Shown here piece by piece: positions 27,501 through 40,600 of a stretch of 64,000 nt of DNA. A program made the position numbers and the translations under genes. The notes under the pieces were generated by a model. The model was not told where the DNA came from, made no database searches, and saw nothing but the letters and a program-made list of their open reading frames with translations. Source of the stretch: Eledone cirrhosa. Taxonomy: Eukaryota. Numbering within the stretch: position 1 is the first letter of the stretch; every line of letters begins with the position of its first letter. Where the stretch lies: the NCBI GenBank assembly GCA_964016885.1, contig OZ024741.1, positions 204,600,001 to 204,664,000 of the forward strand, written 5' to 3'.

Positions 27501-30500
27501 GTCTGTGGAATGCTCAGCCACATACATGTTAATTTCACGAGCAGACTGTTCCGTTGATCGGATCAACTGGAACACTCGTCGTCATAACAGACAGAGCGTC
27601 TTCCCATTATTAAAATATGCGTTTAATCAAGAAATATCCTTCTTCTTCTTTGTGTCTTCTTAATTGAAACATGGGTTATACCAATGCCTTATATTTGGGT
27701 ATTTAGCAGCTATAATCCATGCAAATGACCAAGTTTGCTAGATTATTGAACCTAGGTTATTAGCATAGAATGAAACCACTGTATATGTATTAATTTATTG
27801 AATGGGATTTTATTTTCAATTTTTATAGTTTCTGATGATAAGTTAGCTGCTGAGAATATTCCTGAAACAGAAATTGACAGCAAAGTTGTATCCAGACGTG
27901 AACAAGTAAGTCAACAGAAATAGAAAGGCGATCCAGTTTCTCATTATATTAAATCTCTATTGTAAAATATTGACTTTCTAAGCATAAATTGTTAAATGTC
28001 TTATTGTAACAAAAAAGGTTTTATTTTAAATGTTTATCTTTCTCTGTTAAGAATTTCCACCAGTTAATAATTGATTCTATAAATCCAGATTTCCAGCTTA
28101 TTCACATTTCGTTTGTTGTTAATATTCAAGTCTGTTGAAGTAGGACATTTTTCTTAGCTTTCATAGGATGTCATAGATTGGGCTATATTGATAACTTAAT
28201 AGAGGCATATATGAAAACATATACATTGTGTTTATTATACATAGACATGTATATACTTTCATATATGCCTCTATAGTGAAGGTGGGTGGCTGAGTGGTTA
28301 GAGAATTGGATTTGCAATCGTGAGGTTATGAGTTCGATTCCTGGACCAGGCAATGCATTATCTCCTTGAGTAAGACATTTTATTTCATGTTACTTCTTCT
28401 GCCTATGGGGTCATACCAAATAACTGGCGTAGCAACATCATCATTAACTGCTACAAAGGTAAAGGAGATGTTCTAGATAGGGGAAACTATAGAGGCATTA
28501 AGTTAGTTGACCAGGTCATGAAGGTCACAGAAAGAGTTATAGCACAACTAATCAGAGAGCGAATTGATCTAGATGAAATGCAGTTTGGGTTTGTGTCAGG
28601 TAAAAGTACCACAGACGCTCTTTTCCTTGTACGACAACTACAGGAGAAGTACCTAGCTAAAAGTAAACCCCTATACTTAGCTTTTGTTGACTTGGCAAAA
28701 GCCTTTGACAGAGTCCCCTGCTCCATTATCTGGTGGGCTCTTAGAAAACTAGGTGTTGATGAATGGCTTGTGAGAGCTATACAAGCCATGTATAAAGAAA
28801 CAGTCAGCAAGGTTAGAATTAACAACGAATATAGTGAAGAGTTTAGCGTAAAAGTTGGTGTTCATCAGGGCTCCATTCTTAGCCCCCTACTATTTATTAT
28901 TGCCCTTCAGGCTATAACAGGAGTTCAAGACTGGCTCCCATGGGAACTCCTATACGCAGATGATCTAACTCTCATAGCTGAATCAATGGCTGAAATAGAG
29001 AAGATCCAAACATGGAAGCATGGCCTAGAATCAAAGGGCCTTAAAGTTAACTTGTCTAAGACTAAAGTTCTAGTATGATGAAAGGAAAATAGGGCACAGG
29101 TGCCCTCTGGGAAATGACCATGTTCAGTGTGTAGGAAAGGTTTTAGGCAGAAATTCCATTTTATGTCCAAAATGCAAAGTATGGGTGCATAAAAGATGTA
29201 GTGGGATCACAGGTAAGCTATCTAAGAATGTAGACTTTATATGTGGCCGATGCAATAAGTAGCAAGTGCCCTAGGATACTAGCTCCTTCTATTGCCCAAA
29301 TGATTCTATAGAAATAGTGGACACTTTCTGTTACCTAGGTGACAAAATCAGCAGTGGTGGAGGGTGCTCTTAAAGTACAGTAGCCAGAGTCAGAACGGGA
29401 TGGAAAAAGTTCAGAAGGCTTATACCACTATTGGCCACAAAAGGTTTCTCTCTAAAAATGAAAGGCAGATTGTATGATGCCTGCATACGAACAGCAATGT
29501 TACATGGCATTGTGTGCAGAGGACCTGTGCAGACTGGAGAGGGACGAAGTTCATGCTCTGTTGGATGTGCAATAGTAATATACGCGAACGGCAAAGCATA
29601 AATGAACTAAGAGAGAAATTAGGAATAAGAGGGATCAGATGCTGTTTACTCGAGAGAAGACTACGTTGGTACGGTCACGTGATGCGCATGAAAAACGACA
29701 GCTGTATAAAAAAGTGCAGGGCGATCAAAATTGACGGAAGTTACGGAGTAGGCAGACCCAGAAAACCCTGGGAGAATTTGATAAATTCCGACCTTACACA
29801 TTTACACCTCTCTAAAACAATGTCACTGGACCGAGATCTTTGGTGCCACGCAGTAATACAGAAGACTCGCCTTGCCTATGTATAAAGCGAAACCTACAGT
29901 CAGTAGGCACCTCTTAACCAAATATACACCCATCCCACCACCCCTACTCCACTATCCCACTCCCACCAATACCACCCTTTCTCTGTAAAGTTATGTTGGT
30001 ACCACAACATCCAGTCCAAAATAAATGAGGTTGTGTAGGTCCACGCTGTATTGTGGACATGTAGGTAACACGGTAAAAGCCTCCCAGTCCACGCTGTAAA
30101 TGTGGTTGGTGTTAGGAAGGGCATCCAGCTGTAGAAAACCTGCCAGACAGTCCTATACGAGCGAGACACGATCACCCAACCAATCTTGCCTCAAGTGGGA
30201 CAATTCCCATCTAGACCCATGCTAGCGTGGAAGATAGACGTTAAACGATGATGATGATAGATAGTATTAGCAATTGGAAAGACCAATGGAAACATCGTTT
30301 CTTTGGTTTGATTTGACGAGCTCCACCCCACTTGTTGTATGCCTCTATTATGAATTGTGCTATGGAAGTGCTACTACTACTAATTAATATAGATAACTTG
30401 GTTAATGTTAAAATGGAATCATTACTGTTGAGTTGCAGATATTATTATTATTATTGAGGGCAGTGGATTGACAGTATCGGTAGAAGGTTGGATATCATGC

Positions 30501-33500
30501 TTTGCAGAATAAGGTTACGCCCCTATTCGGTCCGAGTTCAAATCCCGCTGAGGTTAACTTAGCCTTTCATACTTATGGGGTCAATAAAATAAAGTACCAG
30601 TAATGCACTGAGATAATTGCTGGCCTTGTGCCAAGAATAGAAACAATTGTTGTTGTTGTTAGGTGGTTCAATGCAGTGATGGTAATGTGGACAATGCAGT
30701 TATCATTGTTTTGAGGCAATACAATGCAATTATACTGGACCAGATAAAAAGAATGGTAATAACTAGTGAGACAAGACATTTGAAGGACATTTCTAGCTGT
30801 AACTATTCCTTCGTTAGTGAAGATCACATACTAAAGAAAATTTATGATATAAAAAATGTGATTACTTTTTTGATGCCATATTTCTAATGAAATACAGTAA
30901 CTGTTTGTTTTAAATAATTTCAAAAATAATAATCATTATGGTTGCATATTCTGAGAACCCAAAGAGGGTCCAGAAAAGGCTAAACCTTAACAGTTGGCAA
31001 CTGGAATGTTACAACCTTCAGAGTTGTATTAGAGAAGAAAGCCAGATGATACCAGCTATAGTTGGGATTTCTTCAACAAAATGCTGGGTCTCTGGTACCG
31101 TAGATTTAGATGGAAGATAGAAACTCCATTATTCAGATGTGATGTCAGAAAGGACTGTACAGGAGGGAGTTGGGATACTCACAAACCCCTGCCTGTTGGA
31201 ATGTGTTGTGGAATGGATTCAGTTGGGAGTGAGGATTTGCCCATTAAAACTTAGGTTGAATGAAGGGTCTCTGGGTGGTGTAAGTTTATACACCAAACAG
31301 AGAGTCTGATTACAGATCCTTCCTTGAAGTCACTGCAGGATTAGATGTAGTTACGACTGAGTCATAGATTCTAATGGGAGACTTCAATGAACATATCAGC
31401 ACTGACCTCCTGACATGAAAAGGAGTGATTGGAACGAACTATGACCACAGAGAGTCCTTATTAGACTTCTACTTTAGTAATGGGCTCTCTATTATGAAAA
31501 ACTTCCAGCATAAAAATATCCATAAATATACATAGTATAAGGGAAAATAGGGGCAGAGGTCAGTATTTGATTTTTTTTTTTTTTGCTTCTGATCACCGTC
31601 TAGTTATATGCAATCTAAGATTATCTAAAACCAATGAAGCCCACAAAACTAGTAAGCCAAGGTCAATCTACAAGATAAAGTGGGAAGCACTGGCTGATGA
31701 AGTCAGGACTAGATATGCAGATACTGTTGAATCTAAATTCAAAGAACTCTCACAAAACTAAGGATGTTAAAACTGACTTGAGACTGTTCAGCTCAGCACC
31801 TTCTGCTTCAGTTGTTAAATGCTGCAGATGAAAGTGGCTTGGTGTGGCACCTGTTGGCAGATGGACCCCTTGGTTCAATCAAGAGGTCGTAGATGCCATC
31901 TGAGCAAAGAAGGAGACTTCAAAGCTTAGTTTGGAAATAAGTCTTCCTTCTTGCACTTGCAAAATGTTGCAGCAGAGACAGTAAAGGTCTCCAAAATTAA
32001 GACATAGGAGAACTGAATGCCCTAGTATTTTTGTTCAGCTAAATGGTGCTAAGCCAAAAACCATTCAATAAGGGTGGTGGACTCTGCCAGGTATGCATAC
32101 TGTCACCTTTCCAGTTCATAATTTTTATGAACAGGATTGACATACACAGCCAGTTTGGATGTATCAAAACCAGTGGGTGTACAAGCAGTCGCTGGAATTT
32201 GTAGATGATATATTACTACTTAATTTGTCGGAAGGTGATCTCCAACATGTAAATAGAGTTACACTGAAGCAGGTGGAGAAGTTCAAGTATCTTGGAGGAC
32301 CATCTTCATGAGAAATGGTGGGTAGGAGGTCAAATTAAATGCAAGAATTGCTGGAGTTGGTGCAGTAATGCACCATCTTCAGCATTCAATCATCAGAAGG
32401 AAGCAGGTAGATGTAAAAGTTATACTTGCTATCTTCAATTTGATGTTCATGCTTACCCTTACCTATTGTCATGAATCATGGATAATAAATTTAAGAATAT
32501 GAACACAACAACCAGCAGCCAAAATGGGGTTTTCCAAAGAGTCTTTTGAGTAATGTTACTTGATAGGGTGTGTAACTCAGAGATCAGGGAGTCACTTCAG
32601 GCAGAGCTGCTACTTTTCCAAATTGAGTATCACAGTTGTGGTACTACTGACATGTGGTTTGAATATTTAAGGAAATAATTTCAGTCCAGATTTTATGGGC
32701 AAAGCCAATCAGCTGGAGACCCAGAGGTAGACCATGAGCAAGACAGTTGGATAACATTCATGAGCTCAGTTGGTCTAGCTTGGGGACCCAATTGGATCTA
32801 TTGGAGATGGTTACTTCTGATAAGACCCTCTTGAAGATGTGTCTGAGGACTCTGCCTCCACAACTCTCCCAGGAATTTAATAAAAGTTTCTGTAAAAGAT
32901 TATGATGAAAGCACTTTAAAATGAGCAGTTGTGTATGATAAAACCAGAGCAGTTTCAGGTGGGTTGGTATCAAAAGGGTTAAAGACAGGAGAGATTTGCT
33001 CAGGGATGTTTGACTGCTACATATAAGCTTTCTCATTGAAATTGACTATTGATTAGTTCTCCCACCCCCACTCCTCTCTTTCCTGTTGTTATGAGGATGA
33101 GAAATTGTGTAGGAATGTAAGACCCTGGTGTAACAGGAAGAAAACAACTAGTTGTAAGGTATAATAGTGTTAACAAGTTAAAAGGGACATAGATCAAGTT
33201 AGTACTACCTTTCAACATGTGAAGCTCTCTTTACCGGGTAATATCTTTTGCTAGGCTCATAGCAAGAATAAAAATTATGTCTTTATTAACCCTTTAGCAT
33301 TTAAACCGGCCATATCCGACCAGAATTCCCTCACCTCTTTGTGTTCAAACTGGCTGTAACTAGCCACTCATACTGCTGTTAAGGTATTGTTCTTAAAATA
33401 AATAACATCAATATCTCATAGATTCGATATTATGTGAGATAAAGCCTTTACCATGAAAATACAATAGTATATATAGAGTAGGTGTAGGTGTCACGACAAA

Positions 33501-36500
33501 AAGTACCCAGCACACACTATAAATGTGGTTGACGTTGGGAAGGCATCTAGCCATAGAAAACCAGCCCCAAAACACCCAGCCCACACTGTAAAGTGGACTT
33601 GTAAAAGACACGGCAAAAAGCACCCAGCACACACTGTCAATGTGGTTGGTGTTAGGAAGGGCATCCACCTTAGAAAACCAACCAGAAACTCTCCTATATG
33701 AGCGAGACACCCGACCCAACTTGCCTCTAATTAGGACAAACCCGTCTAACCCATGCTAGCATGGAAGCTAGACGTTAATCAACGATGATGATGATGAGAG
33801 TGATGTAAATGCTAAAGGGTTAAACAATGTCATAACCTTCTCTTTGAAATATTCATTTCACAATAATCTCTTTTTATGTGTGAAATATAAAAAATATTAA
33901 ATAAGCTAATTTTTGTAATGAGGAACAAATATGAGAAGGGGTTTTTTTTCTTCATTTCTTATTGTGTTAAATATATGATAATATGTATAAAAGTATCTGT
34001 GTACATGTGTGTTCTTTATATCTTTATACATTATTTTTTTCTATTTTATTTAGCTACTGATGAATATTCCAAAACTAGTGATTAAGGTGGAAGGAGGTGT
34101 TGGTCAAAGGACAGTTCCATTACTTATTGTAGAATCCACATTTGAAGGTGAAGTTAAAGATTGGAGCAGTAAGGTAATATAATATTGAGTTTTTTTAAGA
34201 TTTATATTTTGGCTTATGTTTCTAAAATGATATTTTTTAAATGTTTTGTTTGTTTCATTTATTAACTATATATATATGTGTGCGTGTGTGTGTATGTATA
34301 TAAGTATGTGTATATATATATGTGTATATGTATATTTATATATATATGTGTGTATATATGTATATATATGTGTGTGTGTGTGTATATATATATATACACC
34401 CTGGCTAAGACAAAAGTTCTAGTTTGTAGGAAAGAAAACAAGGCGGCGGTCCCATCGGGGAAATGGCCATGCTCAGTGTGTAGGAAAGGCGTAGGTAGAA
34501 ACTCCATTTTATGTCCCAAATGCAAAGTATGGGTGCATAAAAGATGTAGTGGGATCACAGGTAAGCTAACTAAGAACATAGATTTTACATGTGGCCGGTG
34601 CTCTGGTGCAATAAGTAGCAGCAAGTGCCCACAAAATACTAGCTCCTTCAACTGCGCAGAGGGTTCTATAGAAATAGTGGACAGCTTCCGTTACCTGGGT
34701 GACAAAATCAGCAGTGGGGGAGGGTGCTCTGAAAGTACAGTAGCTAGAGTCAGAACTGGATGGAAAAAGTTCAGAGAGCTTATACCACTATTAGCCGCTA
34801 GAGGGTTCTCCCTAAAAATGAAAGGCAGGTTATACGATGCCTGCATACGAACAGCAATGCTGCATGGCAGTGAGACCTGGGCATTGTGTGCAGAGGATAT
34901 ACGCAGACTAAAGAGGAACGAAGCTTGCATGCTCCGCTGGATGTGCAATAGTAATATACGTGAACGGCAAAGCATAAACGAACTAAGGAAAAAATTAGAA
35001 ATAAGAGGGATCAGATGTTGTTTACTCGAGAGAAGGCTACGTTGGTACGGTCACGTGATGTGCATGAAAGACGACAGCTGTATAACAAAGTGCAGGGCAA
35101 TAAAGATAGACGGTAGCCACGGAGTAGGCAGACCCAGAAAAACATGGGACGAGCTGATAAATTCCGACCTCACACGCTTACACCTCTCCAAGACAATGTC
35201 ACTGGACCGAGACCTTTGGCGGTACTCAGTAATAGAGAAGACCCGCCTTACCTAAATACAAAGTAAAAACCTACTACAGTCAGTAGGCATCTCTATCAAA
35301 ACACCCCCCGTCCCACCACCTCCACCCCATCCACACCGCCCCTTTCAATGTACAGTTATGTTGGTCCCACAACATCCAGGCCGAAACAAATGAGATCGTG
35401 TAGGTGTCACGACAAAAAAACACACAGTCCACGCTGTAAATGTGGCCGTGTAGGCAACACGGTAAAAACCTCCCAGCCCCACACTGTAAATGTGGTTGGT
35501 GTTAGGAAGGGCATCCAGCTGTAGAAAACCTGCCAGACAGTCCACGCTGTAATGTGGCCGTGTAGGCAACACGGTAAAAACCTCCCAGCCCCACACTGTA
35601 AATGTGGTTGGTGTTAGGAAGGGCATCCAGCTGTAGAAAACCTGCCAGACAGTCCACGCTGTAATGTGGCCGTGTAGGCAACACGGTAAAAACCTCCCAG
35701 CCCCACACTGTAAATGTGGTTGGTGTTAGGAAGGGCATCCAGCTGTAGAAAACCTGCCAGACAGTCCACGCTGTAATGTGGCCGTGTAGGCAACACGGTA
35801 AAAACCTCCCAGCCCCACACTGTAAATGTGGTTGGTGTTAGGAAGGGCATCCAACTGTAGAAAACCCGCCAGACAGTCCTATGCGAGCAAGACAACCTCT
35901 ACTCTTGCCTCAAGTGGGAAAACCCCCGTCCAAACCCATGCAAGCATGGAACACGGACGCTAAACCTGATGATGATGATGATGATGACACTTATATACAT
36001 GTTTATTTTCAATATAGAAATAATAAAAAAAGGAGAAACAAACAAAAAGAAAGAAAGAATAGGGAAATATAGAAGAAAAAAGGGAGAGAAAGAAAGAAGA
36101 AAAAGAAATATGAAGGGGAGAGGATAGCAAGAGCTTTGGTGTCACAGAAGAGAGAGGAGTGGTGAGGGGGGGGGGGGGGGCTTTGGGCCTAGGGCAAGAG
36201 GGCAGAAGTGCTGAGCCCTGTTGACAAGACAGCAAAAGCATTCTCCCAGACAATGGCCAGTGACACCTGCTGCAACAGCCTCCCAATCTCGTGGGGCTCC
36301 CTCCTCAGTCAGCTGCCAACGCTCCGATCTTGCAGTGGAGCTCGGCAGTACGGGATGGTTTGAAGTGCAATTCATTTTCTTTTGACAAGTCTCTTACCAA
36401 ATGTTTCTTTGATACCTTTTGGTAATGAATTAAACCAATTTATTGAATATTATGTTGAAATTATCAAGCTCATCATTTCAGAAAATGTTATCAATTATTA

Positions 36501-37360
36501 TACATATACCTCAGTGTACACCCAGAGTATTCATCTAATGTATATCTGTACTGTTTTTGTTTCATATTTTCTTCTGTTTCTAAACATAATAAATATAAAG
36601 CATATATTTTATGAATTTACTTTATACAATGTAAAAAACTATTTCTGCAAACTACTTCAGTACTCAAGACATGTGACTAATGCACTTCAGTACTAAATGC
36701 ATGTGTGTTTATAATATTACATTTTGCTTCTATTCACAGATGGCTGTTACAAGTACACTTAGTTTAGAAGTAGCTTACTATAACGAAAAACTAGCAGTAT
36801 GGGAACCACTTTTAGAACCAGTAATCCAAGAACACAAGAGGAAGCAGTGGGAATTAGCTGTTGAGGTTAGTATCTTCTATCATGGTTTCATTTTTCTTTT
36901 TTTTCTTTTTCTTTTTCTTTTTCTTTTTCTTTTTCTTTTTCTTTTTCTTTTTCTTTTTCTTTTTCTTTTTCTTTTTCTTTTTCTTTATATTATAAAAGAA
37001 TAGCTTGATTTTCGTTATATTTGTAATTATCCAAGTATATATATATAGCATGGCCTCAGCCGGATGGCTGGAACAGGTAAAAGAGTAATATATATGAAAT
37101 AATAAAAATAATAATAATAATAATGAAATTATTGTGTACAGTGCTCAGGTGCACTATAAACAACAAAGAAAGTATGGTAAGAAACCAGGTGGACTATAAC
37201 GCACCAAGTAATCAATACTTAGGGTAGTAGAGTGGGTAATAGGAAAAGAGTGAGGACCCCGACGGCTGAGCTCTGGCCGTTTCGACAGCTAGATCTGAAC
37301 AGATGCGTTCGGATCTAGCTGTCGAAACGGCCGGAGCTCAGCCGTCGGGGTCCTCACTCT

Positions 37361-37400
<40 letters not shown>

Positions 37401-37612
37401 TAAAATAACAGATTAAAGTTTAAGCAAAGAATTGCTGCTTTCACCCTTAACGGGATCTTCAGAAGATCCCGTTAAGGGTGAAAGCACCGATTCTTTGCTT
37501 AAACTTTAATCTGTTATTTTAATAAATATTTGCTCTACGGTTCTTATATATTTGATATATATTTATCCTTATCGAGCTCTCTTTGGATTTTAGTCTTCAA
37601 ATTTATTATTAT

Positions 37613-37674
<62 letters not shown>

Positions 37675-40600
37675 TCATAATAATTACTATATATATATAC
37701 CCCAATGTATTTAATCAAAAATGTGACAGGCCGGCCAAGTATAGACTAATTATTCTTTGAACTTCATAATACCATCTATTTGCCATAGAACAATAATTTT
37801 CTCTCAAAAGATTTCAAATTAACTGAGTTGTTACTGTGTAGGACAAAATGCACTGTGGTAATTGTTCTGGATATCTGCACTTTGAGTTGAAGTCCAGCCA
37901 AAGTCCACTTTGCTTTCCATCCATTACAAGGTGAATAAAATAAAGTTCCAATTCAGGGCAGTGGATTCGCAGAATTGTTAGAGCATTCAATGAAATGTCT
38001 TGCAGTATTTGTTCTGACTCTTTGCGTTTTGGGGTCATATTCCACTGTTGCTTACTTGGATGGCAGACTTAATCCGTTGCCTTGTTTAATGATACCACCT
38101 GGCCCTTTTGGAACCTTAAGCAGAATCCAATCTGTAGCAAGCATTTGGTTACCATCTTCCCTCCTTCCCACTAGTCTTGGAAGCTCTGAAAATGGCACTG
38201 CCCTTCACTCCCTGACTAAACAATATATATATGTGTGTGTGTGTATATATGTATATATACAGGGAGCTGCCCACACATTCCAATTTTACTCACATGAACT
38301 AGAATTGTTGCCCCACAGAACAGATTGTTTTTGCCAAACAGATCCTCACTTGTATCTACATGACCAACCATTTACAAATTCCTACACACCCAAATACTAC
38401 TTCAAGATTATTTTATACTGCAACTCCACCACCCCACACTTTCATTGACAATGATGATGATGATGGTGCTTCCATTAGGGATGAAATGCATGCTCTACCA
38501 CTGCAAGATTTGAATGTCTAAATAAGAAATATCTATCATGAATATTTAAGTAAAATTTTGGATATCAAAGTAAAGTTGCCAATTGTTAACGTTTACTCCT
38601 TTCTAGATTCTCTTTGAAGTCTCAGAATATGCAACCTTTGTGTGTCCATGTCACGCCTCTCAGGACAAGTCACAGGTCCATTGTCGGCCTTGCTGGCATT
38701 AAAGACTGTAATATATATTTTAAATAGGGCCCTCTCTTTAAAGCCTGAATGCATCCCTTATTACTCCAAGTGAAAGATGACGCTGTATAATTGTTTTTAT
38801 GAAACTTGACCATACTGCAGTTTTTGGTGGTCTTATTTGCACCAGTCACCAAATTGGTAATTTTCTGAGACCTATGAGCGCAAGACTTTTTTAACTGCAC
38901 CCTTTACTCACCTCATCGTATCTACATTGCTGGGTTCTGAGAGTTTTCATGTGAGCCAAGTGTCATCCATTACTTCACATCCCCTAGTAGCTTACCATTG
39001 TTTGATCTGAGGCTACTTATTCATCTGACTGGAGCCGACATATATCACAACTAACCACCATATCCGCTAGCCACATCACTATCTACCTCATGCAACCCGT
39101 TCTCTAGCAGAATCGATTTCTAAAATTTATATTTATTTAGGACTATGGGTCACAACAGGCTAAGAACAAAATAACAACTCAAAAATGTATTATTGTCATA
39201 TACACTCTGATGATAATGGTGCTTTATTACAGGTCACTACTAACGATGAGGGCATTCTTATTGATGATGATAATGAACCCATCATACCTCCAGCAAAGAT
39301 GACTATCAATGTTCGCTCATCAGAAAAATTAGAGCTGTTGTTGAGCAAAACATGTCTAGAAGTACTCACTAACCTTGGAAGGGTAAAATAAAAAAATTTA
39401 TCCATTTTTCTCTTTTTCCTCCTTCCTCTAACTCTATTAGTGTCACCTTATTTTCAATCCAAGATTCCATTTATTACATGTTTGTAAGTTCATACTGAAA
39501 ATTTTACTCCATTCTAAATAAGAACTATATTAAAACTATAATGAAAAATGTATGATGAATAGAATTTTTTAATTGACTTTTACAATAGGTTCATTAAGAT
39601 TTCTGGATATATTATGAATTATAATAGAAAAATATTTTTATGAATTATTCTCATTTTTTTTCTTTTATACTCCAGGCATTTGGTGATGCTTACAAATTGG
39701 TTGAACCAAGTGCAACTACCACTGAAATTTTGGCACCTTACATCATTGAAAACAGAACAGGTTTAGACCTGTTACTGAAATTAGACAACATCTTTTTTGT
39801 AAGTGTAACAAATTCTATATTGTAACTAATAGATATTCTTATATTTCTTTTTTATTCATTTGCAATTCTCGCTCACTCTCTCTCTCTCCCTCTCACTGAC
39901 TCTCTCTCTCTCTGTATGTATTATGTAAATATGATTGTGTGTTTGTGTATATCATCAGCATCATCGATTAACGTCTGTCTTCCACGCAAGCATGGGTTAG
40001 ACGGGTCCTATTTTAAGGCAAGTTGTGTCGGGTGACCGTCTTTTGCTCAAATAGGGGTGTTTCTGGCTGGTTTTCTACAGCTGGATGCCCTTTCTAACGC
40101 CAACCACATTTACAGTGTGGGCTGGAGGGAGAGGGTTGGGAGTGGGTGTGTATATACATATATGTGCATGTGTGTGTGTGTAGTGTAGATATATATATAT
40201 ACGGGATAACTAGTTATCGTTGTAGATATTCCACTTAGAGGTAGTCCAGTTAGAGTACTCCGTGTTGTGGATGATATTAACGTATGGCTTAGTTTGACTC
40301 AACAAGATGCTTCCATAGTGATGCAGCGAGTTCGTGGTGATTTCTATGTAGGTTTTACTTGGAGTAATAATAATAATAATAATAATAATTCAAGAAATAA
40401 GAGTAACATGGTTGGCTGTATAATAAGGGCTTTATTCACAGTGCTGACAATTGTTTCGTTGATCTGGTCAGTCTAGAGCTCGCTAATCACTTGGTGTTGC
40501 GTCAATCGATCTCCAATATTTTGTTTACAACCAGTCAATACATCAGAGTGCGTAGATATGAGGATGATACGCAAGGCATGGCTTTTATAAGAGAGTGGTG

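Noticed and set aside
34278-34399. N-terminal part of the 325-aa ORF
   Set aside because: It is translation of a TA/TG microsatellite; only the part from about 34400 is RTE protein.
35424-35879. CRISPR-like array
   Set aside because: Whole 112-bp units are repeated with no unique spacers, there are no cas genes, and the context is a eukaryotic LINE 3' UTR.
36854-37051. Poly-Lys ORF, and the Arg/Lys-rich ORF at 50910-51128
   Set aside because: Artefacts of the (CTTTTT)n and (TTC)n repeats.
40200-40365. Minus-strand start of a further Penelope ORF beyond the inverted pLTR
   Set aside because: Short, with an early stop and no recognisable motif; it cannot be supported from the sequence alone.
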